This document shows, piece by piece, positions 14,651-25,650 of a stretch of DNA of 64,000 bases. The stretch is from Daphnia carinata. Lineage: Eukaryota. The position numbers and the translations under genes were made by a program. The stretch is taken from assembly GCF_022539665.2 (NCBI RefSeq), contig NC_081333.1:10726001-10790000 (forward strand), in the 5' to 3' direction. Positions within the stretch are counted from its first letter, which is position 1; each line of letters begins with the position of its first letter. The notes under the pieces are model-generated. The model searched no databases and was not told where the DNA came from. It saw only the letters and a program-made list of their open reading frames with translations.

Positions 14651-17600
14651 TACGTCCCTCACGAAAATTTGGTGTGTTTTCTGTTTAAACTTTTGCGTTC
14701 GTTTTTTTATTGTCATGGGAATGGTCTCTTGCCTTTTTCATTCTTTTACCTCATCGGTTTTTTTGTTGTTGTTGCCTGGACGATGGCGAACGGAATTACC
14801 GAACGATCCTCAGCCAACGAGCACCTGTTTTTTCAAAGGCTGTGGTCTTCCTCATCAGCTCACGCACGTTGCATTATCGGCCGATGATACTGGGAAAGAC
14901 ACACACACACACACACACACAAAAGCCAATCGGTTATTTGAATATGTTTTTTTTTGTTTTTTTCAAATGCCTTTTCTAAAATGCTTTCGTTAACACACAC
15001 AATTGTGGAACGACCATACGTCCGTACAGATTTCATTTTCTTACGTTCAAAAAGAAGAGGAAAAGTTAATTGTGTGCAGCTCGCAAAAAGAAAAAAAGAA
15101 AAGACGATGGTTTTCAGTTGTTTGGTTTTTTATGGCACGTTCGATGTTTGTTGGCTCTGGACATTATGCAATAGGTTTCTCTCTTCTTCTCTATATGCTG
15201 ACCGATGATTCTCGCGCGTCTTGCCCCACCATTTCGACAGGTTATATTGTTGATGATGGCCCTTCTTTTCTTATTCCAGTTTTCACCTCTTTTATCGGCC
15301 ATCCCTGTCCAACGCCCGTCTTATGTGCCCGTTATATGGCCCAGCGTGTTTTTTTTTTTTTTTTTTTTTTTTTACAATAGCCATTCAGATATTGGTCGAG
15401 TACAATTTTGAAAAAAAAAAAAAACCTTGCGCATATGAAAATTGATTGGCTTTGAATTTTGTTTTGAAATTTTCAACTCTGACTTGTTTCTCTCGTGGTC
15501 AGTTCGTTCGGCGTTGTGTTTACGGACCCAACGAGCAGAACATTTCTTGACTTTGATGATGGTTATTTATTATTCCTTTTTTGTTTTTTTTCTTTTTCAG
15601 AGATTAGAAGACCGAGTTTTAGTTTATAAAAAAAAAAACGAGAAGGGAAAACTCGAAGAACAGAAAAAAAAGAGCTAAAAGCGAAAAGATAAAGATCCAT
15701 TCGATGTTTCTCGGATGGCCTGATTTATCCCGAACGACGAAAAGGAAGGGGGGGGGGGGGAGAAAGGGAGAGAAATATAGTCTGATATCACCCCCCTGCA
15801 TCTTTGAAAAGAAAGACCTAAAAAGAAACCACCTAGGCTGTTCGAGAAAAAAAAAAAAAAAAAGGCCAACGATAGAAAAGATGGGGGGGAGGGATGTGTT
15901 GGACCCAAATAAAGAATTGAGAAAAGATGACGGTGTTAGAAGAGATGAAAAAAAAAAAAAAACCTGCGACGACGGACGACGACGATGGGGAGAAAAGAGT
16001 TACATTCATCCGATTTACGAGACGGGGTTCCCTCCTTTCATGCTATTTTACCTGTAGAGAACCCGTTCGTTCAAGTCTCTTCCCCCCTCCTCTATCATTT
16101 CCACCCCCCTCTTTAAAAACTCTATTCACTCGTCCTATAACTTGCAGGGGGGTAAAACTGTTGGAAGGGCTAGGAAAAAAAAAAAAAAAGAAATATGCAC
16201 GCAAGTTATTTTTTTATAGCGGCATTATATACAACATGTGCGCGGTACATCTCCATCAGGTGTTCCGGGGGGGGTTCTTTTGATGTAACCTTGATATCTT
16301 CTCGGATGACGGTCACTTGAATTGGATTTCATGTCTCATCTTCCAGGTAAAAAGAGAATCTAAGTGCTTCTTTATCGCTACGTCGGTGAGTTCTCATCAC
16401 GTGGGGCTATTTTTTTTTTCTTCAAAAAAAATTCGCATTTCCCTTTTTTCTTAGCGCAAAGTGCCAAAAAAAAAAAAAAATGATGGAATGAACTTGCGGG
16501 TAAGCGCTGGATAAGCTTTGGGGGGGGGGGGGATGTATTTTTTTTTGTTATGAAAGGGAAAAATCTTTTTCTGTTTTGCTTTTCTTTTTCTTGGTAAAGC
16601 GCGGAATGAATTGGAATTGAATGAGAGATAAGGACCGAAGGACTGCGGGTGTAGGAAGGCTACGGAAATCAAATCGAAGGTCAGTTGATTGGAACTTGAG
16701 ATACATAAGACGACATTAGAATTTTTTTTTTTGGGGGAAGAAAAAAAAAAAGGGTTTGGGGTAGAAAAATCCAGGTGGGGTAAAGGGGAAGGGTTTTCTT
16801 TTTTCGTATATAACACATATATATACGTTAACATTAGAAAGAAAAACACAATAACAACAAGCGCAGGCAGAATCCGGCCGCGATCCTTTGCTGGTTGGGA
16901 GGGGGTTGAAACATCGTACAAGGAAGGGTTTGAAATTTTTGTGTGTGTTCAAAAATATTTTTGGGAAAAAAAAAAGGGGTTCCCATCAGGTTTTGAGTTC
17001 TCTTATCACGAAGCTTTGCTTATTTATTATTAACATTTTTTTTTTGTTTTATTTTCAGGGGGGTACAGAACACGTCTAGTAATTCTCAGGAAACAAGTCC
17101 AGGGTTTGGCCTGCTGCAACAGGCTCTTGGGTGTAGGGGGAGAGGGGGATGGCCCAGTTTTGTTATATATATATATATTTTTTTTTCCTACCCTCACCAC
17201 CCGAAAAGCCGTATTATAAGCACGTGGATGACCTTCGTCCAGTTCTTATGCATAGCTGCGTTTAGTCGTAAGGGGCGTCTAGGCCTATATAGTGCTGATA
17301 CGCTGCACTGGTTCATGCATGTCTGTTGCGTATGTGGCCGTGAAAAGAGGGGAGCAAGGGGCGGAGGTCCCTATCAAGGATAGTAGGAATGTTACTTTCT
17401 TAGCACACGGCCACCCCCCCCCCCCTTTTTTTTTTCCTTCTCCAGACCCGCAATATTTTAAAAATGTTTCAAAAACATTTGGTCGATAAAAATCCTTCAA
17501 ATTTTTCGATTTTTCTCGGGAAAAATGAAAACGAAAAAAAAAAGGTTTAAAAAAAATAATAACCTCCTTGAAAAAAAAAAAAAAAGAAGAAATTTGTTTT

Positions 17601-18766
17601 ACAGAGGTTCCTGGAATTCCCAGCCATCACCCCCATCGCTCTCTTTCCCTTTACGTGTATTAGCATCGATTGTGTAGAGTATGTGTTCATTTCAAAACCT
17701 CCGGGGCTCTAGATTCTTTTTTTTTTTTTGTTTTCTTTTTCAATGTTTGATGTATTTTAATGACGTCGTTATTGTAAATCACCGAGTGGCAGGTAAAACA
17801 GTTTTGGAAGAAGATTGGGGGGGTTAAAAGCTAAAAACGAGAGAGAGAGAGAGAGAGAAAGAGGCAACTAGCAAATGGGTTTTTGATCCAGAACCGGGGC
17901 ACACCCATCAACCCACCTCCGCACACACTCGTTTTTATTATTATTTTCTAGAAGAGAATTAAAAAAAGGGAAAAAAAAAAAAAAAAAAAAAAGAGTTAAA
18001 ACATTCTTTTGTGAACGCATACGTGGAGACCCTTTTTCAAAAATGCGTGATCTACATAGCATCACGAATGTTATAAGAAAAAGTGTCGATCGCTTTTCGT
18101 TGTACGCATTTCCGTGTCTAGGTAATAACTATATAAGTCTCCTCCATCGCTCTATCTGATTTCATTGTTATTCTTCTTCTCTCTCTTTTCTCCATTTTTT
18201 TTTTTATTTTTTTGCCGACAGGATGAAAAGGACGCGAAAATGCACGTTAATTCACACATCGCAATAAAATGCGATAATAACGTTATAATATCGGAATGGC
18301 GGGGGTGTTGTTATACTCCATTACGAAAGAAAAAATTCGAACTGCAAAAGCAGAGAAAAAAAAAAAAAGGTGAGAGAAAACTCTGAAATTTCGTTATTTG
18401 CGGATTTTAAAAAGAAAAGCGTACACGGCACATATTCACGAAATCGATTTTTCGCAGATGTCATTTCACATCTATACAAAAAAAAAAAATAAAATAAAAT
18501 AAAATAAGAAAAGAAGAAACGTGTCGGACGTGATTGATCCTGCTTGGCGAATACCTGTTTTTCAACAACAAAAAAATGTTATATGCTATTAGAAAAAAGA
18601 AAAAAACCCGCAATCCGTGACTCCTCTCCACTGTCGTTCTACAGGTAACACACGCAAGTGGAGGGCGAGGAATCACAAGAAGTGGGAGGGTGGGAGGGGT
18701 ATACAGGTAAGGCACCTTCCTCTTTGTGGGAGAGATGGGAGGGACGAAGACGAGTCTCACAGGTAA

Positions 18767-18770
<4 letters not shown>

Positions 18771-18810
<40 letters not shown>
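18771..18810 (+). repeat. (GA)20 microsatellite, potential GAGA-factor-type element
   Basis: Direct reading. It ends about 110 bp upstream of the candidate gene 1 TSS. Confidence 0.9.
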
Positions 18811-18814
<4 letters not shown>

Positions 18815-18918
18815 AAAGGGAAAAACACACGGGCGAGTGTGAGCCCCTCTGGTGAGGTGCGGATGCTCTGCTTTCTCACATTCTGCTCTCAGGTTTGGTG
18901 CTAAGCGGATGCCCCCCT

Positions 18919-18952
18919 TCATTGCTCTCATAACTCCAGCGACGCACAGACA
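18919..18952 (+). promoter_or_regulatory. Candidate Inr+DPE core promoter of gene 1 (TSS about 18921)
   Basis: TCATTG Inr-like motif (A+1=18921), G at +24 (18944) and AGACA (RGWYV) exactly at +28..+32 (18948-18952). (GA)20 and three CAGGTAA motifs lie upstream; an ATG-poor 453-nt stretch ending in ACG|GTAAGA lies downstream. Confidence 0.5.
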
Positions 18953-19373
18953 CACGCGTAATTTTCTGGGGGCAAAATTTTTCGCATCAAAAACATTTTC
19001 GTATCAATTTTTGTTTGCATTGCATTGCCCGCACACGTCCGACTGTCATCGTTTGTTTTCAATTGCTGATCGTTTGGCAGCTTGTTGTGATTTTTACGAT
19101 CGAACCGTTCAGTCTTGATTTCAAGAAACCTGTGTGATCAGTGCTGCAAACTCAGAGGACATTGTTGCCATTCCAGTAGAACTTAACCAAAACTGGGAGA
19201 AGAGGAAGAAAGTGCCGACTATTCCTGTTTTCGGATGACTGTCGTCGTTGTCTTCAATTAATTCCTGCAAAAAAAGAAAACTTGTTATCGCTACGTTGAT
19301 TGAGAACCTGCGTCTCAATTGTTTTTTTTTTTTTTCCAACGCTATCGCGTCGGCGTCTTCACATCCGTGCACG
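18921..19373 (+). other. Putative non-coding 5' leader exon of gene 1
   Basis: Runs from the candidate Inr to a strong donor GTAAGA at 19374 and contains only one ATG (short uORF 19235-19261). The coding exon at 22455 starts at a splice acceptor, which implies an upstream exon. Confidence 0.4.
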
Positions 19374-22300
19374 GTAAGACCACACAGTTTAATCTTTCAC
19401 ATTTCCGCAGTGATTTTTAATTCATTATTATCTGCTCCCCCCAATTATCTCGTGATGACGTTGAGATTTTCGTGTCATAACGGGTCGCAATGGGAGGACT
19501 GTGCGCTTGAAATTCGTATTCCGGGCACGGATTGGATGATTTTAAAGTGGACAAATCAGGTCCGACAAGCTAGTAAAACTAACGTGCCAAACAGAATAGA
19601 CAATCATCTGAAATCCAATTGAAAAACAGAGCACGAACTTCATTTTTGTTTTTGAAGTATCATGCGGCAATCGTACGAGCGCTGAAAGAGAATAACGTAG
19701 TTCTAATTGTATCACAATGAAAACACGCACAAAGAAATGAAGATAAAACAAATCACTTGTAAATACGGAACTAGGAAAGAAACAAAAAAAAAACATAACC
19801 ACAAATCCGCGAGAAAACGCAACATGTGCGATTGCATAAAGCCAACCATCCGATGCGTCGTCCCGTGCGTTCAAATTCCCTTTTTTCATTACGTTAGAAC
19901 AAAAATAGAGTAGCGCACTTAATTCATGTCTTTATTAGCTCTATTTTTTTTTTTTTGGGGGGGGGGGGGGGGGTGAGGGGAGGGGAAAAAAACCATTCAA
20001 TGGCTTTATACGTAATTATAATGCGCACATTTTTCGTGTGAAAAAAACAAACAAACAAAACAAACAAATTCAAGTCAGAGAGAGGTCGTTAAGCTCGTTG
20101 ACCTGGACTATGTGTACATTTGCACTTTTTTATGACAATATGTTTGGTCTACCATTAGTCGAAAACCATCAATAGTTTTTTGTGTGCGATGAGGTCAGAG
20201 TGTAACCGCTCTATTCTCCCTCTTTTTTTCTCTTTCTGTGGGGTTCTATTATGATCGACTCCAAAAAAAAAAAAAAAGGATGAAAGAAGCCGAGCAATCC
20301 ACCACATTCTAAGTGCACAGGGTGACAGTACATTTATGCATTGCATAGAAAGTTTATGGGGTATACTCTCTTTCGCAGGGCTGTAAGTACTATAGTAAAA
20401 AATAAAAAATAAAAAAATGCCTGTAATATACAGGTAAAGCGAGAGTCGGATGAAGGAATGAAGGCAGTTCATCCATCCATCCGCATCGCCGGGGAAACAA
20501 ACAAGACTTTGCGTGAATACTTTCACTCTTCTTTAATGCTCGAAGACGACTCTCTTTTTTTTTCTTTTTTTTTCAAAGCTCTTCTGCGATTTAAAAAAAA
20601 CACCTGTAATATATTTCCCTTATTTCTGTGTGCTGGCTCTTCTTAACGGTTGTGTGGTGGCATCGTTAACGGAAGTTGGAATATCTATTAGCTTTAATAG
20701 AAAAGACGCGAGCGAGAGGAGGGAGGGAGGGAGGAAGAGCGGCGAATAAGAACGACAAAATACCTTTGACGGTGCTGCGCACCGTTGACGATTACACGGC
20801 GATCTAGAGCGGAACTGGGTGCCTCTCTCTCTCTCTTTATCGTACACGTACGTGCGTTACGTCGAGAGTGTGTCTCTCTTTCTTTCTCTATCAGAGTGTA
20901 AGATATGGCAGGCGCACGGCACTGAGTTAAAAAAAAAATTCGAAAACCTACTAAAGCGCTAGACCGTGTTTCCTCTTCCATACGTTTGTAGAGTCGTTGT
21001 TCGCTGTTGTTGCGTGTAGTTTAACGGGGGAGGTCCCTCGTTCCCGAGATATAGCACCTTTCAGAGTTTTGAGGATACGCTGCCATTACGGGCGAAGGCG
21101 TTAAAGTCTATAAGAGATGGAAAGTTTTGCAGAAAAAAAAAATATGTATGTATAAAATCTCTTTTATCCGCTTGGTCAGTCGTCATCGCATATTTTTAAT
21201 TTGTTTTTTTTTGTTTTTTATTTTTCCATTTTTGGTGTTTTTATTTCTTCTTCTTGGTGCCCTTATGTTAGCCACCTTAAAGAAGCGAATCCAATCAACC
21301 GTGGGGGCTTGGCGTTGATTGAATCCATTTCTAGTCGAGTCCGCCCATTAAAAATGTAAACTAGTAAAAAGAAAAAGAAAAAGGAAAGCAACAAAAAAAG
21401 ACTAAGACAAAGACTTTGACATTTAACGCGGTTTCTTTCGCTTTCAATCCGTTCGTTTGCCACGATCGTTATATTATGTACTGCTGTATATATATACTGT
21501 TACGATGTCTGCCTTGAGTGTCTCTACTGGACCGCCAAAAAAAAATATATTAACAACGAGCTTTAAAAAAAAAACCCATTTCTTTAGCCACCGAAATGGG
21601 TTGGCCACGATAAATCACATCACAAATATTTTTTAACCCCCCCCCCCCCCTCTTTTTACTCAAAACCTGAAGAAGAACCGGTTATGGTTTCGACCCCCTT
21701 CGCCATATATCTTTCTCGATTTTTTCCTCGCATCAAAAAACACGTAGAAACAAGTGAATAACGCGCAGAGAACAAAAGGATAGGCAAACCTCTTTTTCTT
21801 TCTCTTTTTTTTTTTTTTATTGCAAGGAAAACGGGCGTGCAATACTTGGCCCAACAGAAATATATATCTGCAATAAACCTAAATAGAGTTCTATACATCG
21901 CTGTTTTTTTTTTCTTTTTCGCTCTTCAATCCGCTGGCGGAGTAGACCCCTTTCGGTCATCAAAGTCGCCAGTGTTAGACCGTCTTTTTTTGCTTTTTTG
22001 CAGGGTCTTTTGAATAGAAGAAGACGATGTCTCTAGTTCAGTTGGCCAACCCTTAAAAAAAAAAAAATAATAATAAAAGGGCCTTTTTTTTTTCTTTTAA
22101 ATTCCCGACAAGAAGAGAAAGTGACGATGTTTGCGCTCCAGCGCTTTTGCTCTATCACTATGTGTTATAAGCCCATTGCTGGAATAAATATGGCATACAT
22201 CTAGAACGCTTTCCTTGGTCGTCAAAGATTTCGAATCTCGCCTTGCAGGGGATTAACGAAAAGGAATTCGATCCGATTTATCTAGGAAAGGGAGAAAAAA

Positions 22301-22454
22301 AAATGTCTATCAACATCGTTTCGTTTTATTTGAGTGTCATCGTTTGTGAAGATTTATAGATGATCATTTTAGACTGAACAAACTGTTTGACTTTCTTTTT
22401 CTTTTTTTTTTTTTGCTTAATTACCTTTTTCCTTTTTTTTTTTTTTCTATAGAG

Positions 22455-22532
22455 ATGAATCAAAAGTGCAAGGTGTGCGGCGAACCGGCGGCCGGGTTCC
22501 ACTTCGGCGCCTTTACCTGCGAAGGATGCAAA
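22455..22532 (+). CDS. NR0A knirps/knirps-related/eagle-family nuclear receptor, gene 1, first coding exon (zinc finger 1 and P-box)
   Basis: Translates [26 protein letters not shown] (26 codons), the conserved N-terminus of knirps-family proteins. It is preceded by a polypyrimidine tract and tag/ag acceptor (22450-22454) and followed by a phase-0 donor AAA|GTAAGT at 22533. Orthology to kni, knrl or eg cannot be fixed from the sequence, so no symbol is given. Confidence 0.96.
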
Positions 22533-23699
22533 GTAAGTCCGCGTTTACTCCATTTCACCTCCACTGTTCTTGATTTATGTGCACAATTCACGGCTGCGAT
22601 GTTACATATTCTCCTGCCTCTAGTCGTAAAGCAGTTACATTTTAGAAAGCGACTTTTTATTTTAATGTCTTTCAAATTCGATATAAGTTTCGATCAACTT
22701 GTTGCTAAAAGCTATTATCTGTCTCGTTACTCGAATGTTTTAAATAAAAATCTTGTGGTTTAAAAAAATACCCAACCAGAGACTTCCGTCATCTAGCGGG
22801 CCCACATGGATTGCCGTAGAAAACAACGAAAAATTCTTTTATACATTAAGTTTCGGTACATTTCGTTTAACCGAACACATCCGCCGTGTGTGAGGCTGTC
22901 AGATGTCGTGAAATCGTTCCGGCTTTTTTTTCTTCCAATCCCGTTTCTTTCTTCTTCTTCTTTCAAAATCTTTCCATGTAATACACACGGCATTTCACGT
23001 AGTAGCTACAGAATACACAATAAATATACAAGCCATCCACTGTATTTAAAAAGAAAAGAGAGAGAAAAAAAAAGCCGACTATCTAAGCACACAATCTGTC
23101 GACTGGAAGATAGTGGAACCGTTTCTCAAGTCCATTACATCTTGCGGCTAACAGTACATCCTTTTTTTTCTTTTTTTCTTAAATCTTGAAAGGGCAAAAC
23201 AAAACAAAAAAAGGGTTCTTTTCACGAGGTATGCTCTCATTTCAGTCTTAATCGCCTTTAACAGTTGTATCGCTTAAATACGTCGGCAGAAAATGATGCA
23301 ACTTCTTTCAACCAATTTTTGTTCTATAGCCTCGCTTTTTTTTTCTTCGTCAGTAGAGCGCGTTTTTCAAAAACATTATTTGCCAATGTCTCCTTGAAAA
23401 AGCCAGAGCCCCTTTTCTCTCTCTCTTATTCTAATCATCACTATATCAAACGACGTAATTATCCAACACATTCCTACATCTACGAGCCGCCCATCAAACT
23501 TTCTAAAAAAAAAAATAGCAAATATGAAAAGGCCATAGTCATTTCCGGCATTAACTAGTTAATGTAACAAACAAAAATGTAAAACGATCAGATCTTGCTA
23601 TCGCCTTTTTTTTTTTTTCTTGTTATACCAACGATAAGAAACGTCCCCTATTTAATCATTTGAGTAACAAATTTAATTTATATTTTATTTTCTCATTAG
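22533..23699 (+). other. Phase-0 GT-AG intron (1167 bp) splitting the DNA-binding domain of gene 1
   Basis: GTAAGT donor and T-rich tract ending cattag. Removal restores the conserved CEGCKSFFGR sequence. Confidence 0.93.
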
Positions 23700-24725
23700 T
23701 CGTTTTTCGGCCGGACGTACAGCAATGTGTCGGCGATCGGCGAGTGCAAGAACGGCGGCATGTGTGTCATCAACAAGAAGAACCGGACGTCGTGCAAAGC
23801 CTGCCGACTGCGCAAGTGCCTCCTGGTGGGCATGTCCAAGAGCGGCTCCCGCTACGGCCGCCGCTCCAACTGGTTCAAAATCCATTGCCTCCTTCAGGAG
23901 CAGACTGGAATGGACGCGCCGCTGGGAAGCGCCGGACTGGGCGGTAGCGGCAACCACCCGGATTTGAGCATGTTTAAACGCCATCACGCCATGGCGGTGG
24001 GTAGCGGAAGTCCCGGAGGTTGCAACAGTTCCGACACCACGGGCGACAAGGAGAAATCGGGACACAACAACAATAACAACAACATGTCGTCATCGTCGTC
24101 GGTTGTATCCGGCCGGAGCGACTCTCCTATGGATGACAACGACGATTGCGCTGCGTCGAAAGAAAATTTGCGGATGCTACTCACCGGAAGCCCTTCGGAA
24201 TCGTTCAACCTTTTCCACCACCATCACAGCAATCACAAGCGGAAGAATTCGACATCACCCACAAGAGGCGGAGGGCTTTTAGCCATTGCCGGATTGCCTT
24301 TCGGAGGCCATCATCAAACACCGTCATCACCTTTAACTGTCGCCGATCCCGTCCGGACGAGTAGCCCGAAACTGTCGGCTGAATCGAGCGGACGTCGATC
24401 TCTGGTCTATCCGAGTAGTCATTTCTTGTATCCGCTCATTGCCCGCCAACATCATCCGTACCGATCGTCGGTCGAATTCCGGAGATCTGGAAGCCCGTCA
24501 TCTATTCCGAGTCCCGTTGATTCTCTACCTGAACAGGACGGACCGATTGATTTGTCTTGTAAAGCGTCGTCTTCTTCGTCTTCGTCATCGCCTTTCGGAC
24601 AACACCAGTCCATGTGCCACATCCGGGCGGAAATCCTCACCGAATTGGATGACGAAGAAGAGGATCTTCATCATTTAATGACGAGCGAAACGGGAGCTCC
24701 GCTCGATCTCACCACCAAAGGTTGA
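23700..24725 (+). CDS. NR0A knirps-family nuclear receptor, gene 1, second (terminal) coding exon; full protein 367 aa, no ligand-binding domain
   Basis: After the acceptor ttttctcattag (AG 23698-23699) the frame reads [68 protein letters not shown] (zinc finger 2 plus knirps box). A Ser/Asn/His-rich low-complexity region follows, then PIDLS (24543-24557), terminal PLDLTTKG and TGA at 24723-24725. It joins exon 1 in frame (CEGCK|SFFGR). The listed ORF 23727..24725 is this exon started at an internal GTG. Confidence 0.96.
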   Translation, partial: SFFGRTYSNVSAIGECKNGGMCVINKKNRTSCKACRLRKCLLVGMSKSGSRYGRRSNWFKIHCLLQEQTGMDAPLGSAGLGGSGNHPDLSMFKRHHAMAVGSGSPGGCNSSDTTGDKEKSGHNNNNNNMSSSSSVVSGRSDSPMDDNDDCAASKENLRMLLTGSPSESFNLFHHHHSNHKRKNSTSPTRGGGLLAIAGLPFGGHHQTPSSPLTVADPVRTSSPKLSAESSGRRSLVYPSSHFLYPLIARQHHPYRSSVEFRRSGSPSSIPSPVDSLPEQDGPIDLSCKASSSSSSSSPFGQHQSMCHIRAEILTELDDEEEDLHHLMTSETGAPLDLTTKG

Positions 24726-25650
24726 GATTTGTTTATCAACCAAGCGTTCATTTTTTGTTTTGCCTAGGCCTCTCTCTCTATACTATATGTATTATAAAAA
24801 GAAAGCTAAAATTGTTTGTGTGTCTTCCAAACAAGTTTCAATCCGTTTCACTTCAACGTATTGTTCACGAAAAAAAAAAGTGCCAAAAAAAAAAAAAGGA
24901 GAAAGAGTTGATTTTATACAAGAAAAAGGGCATAATGGGCTGTTGGCGTGAGCCTGTGATTTGTTGTTCTGATTTCCGGAGGAATAGAAAAGTAAATGGC
25001 AGCACGTTCACGTCTAATGGTTGAATGTACCGGTTGTGTCTACTGAGAGACGGGGGCGATTAAATTTGCATTACAATGGGGGTCGGTATTTGCATGAAGG
25101 CGAGCAGCCAGTTGCCATTAACTGCTCTTCTTCTACATTTTTCTTCTGTACGTTTTTGATCGTTTGCCTCATTCCCCCCCCCCCCCCCTTCTCGTGAATA
25201 CCTTGAATACCTACGTTCAACAACATCCACTTGTTCCTCTTCATTGCATATCTACCCTCTTTTTGGAGGGGACTTTTGGAAAACAAAAAAAAAAACAAAA
25301 ATTGTAGACGCCGTTTTACTTTGACAGAGTCTTCCAAATGATTTTCGTTCGTTGTTTTCATTATGATCGACATACGAGCTGCAGGTCAGAGATTAATCTC
25401 TCTTCCTTCTCCTCCTTCTTCATTCCTCCCCTGTACATATTGAAAATCCTTCACAAAATAATAGTTATAATAATATAATATACACACCGGTACAAAAATA
25501 CAAGAAAATAGCCAGCAACTCCCAAATGGCTAAAAGGCAAAACGCCCACGCCCCGTCTTCTGCGGCGGGGCGGTTTCGGTGAGTTGAGACGATAAATTTC
25601 ACAGATATAAAAATTAAAAATAAAATTAAGAAAAAAAAAAAAAATGAAGA
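24726..25650 (+). other. Putative 3'UTR of gene 1
   Basis: Follows the stop codon. The first canonical AATAAA is at 25619-25624, with further ones at 25827 and 25862 and a variant ATTAAA at 25059. The true end is unknown. Confidence 0.45.

Noticed and set aside
15700..17600. Stretch unusually rich in short homopolymer runs of all four bases (similar at about 25.5-27 kb)
   Set aside because: Could reflect lower consensus quality or local composition. No structure can be assigned without the reads.
23660..24678. Alternative-frame and antisense ORFs overlapping gene 1 exon 2
   Set aside because: By-products of GC-rich codon usage in the real exon.
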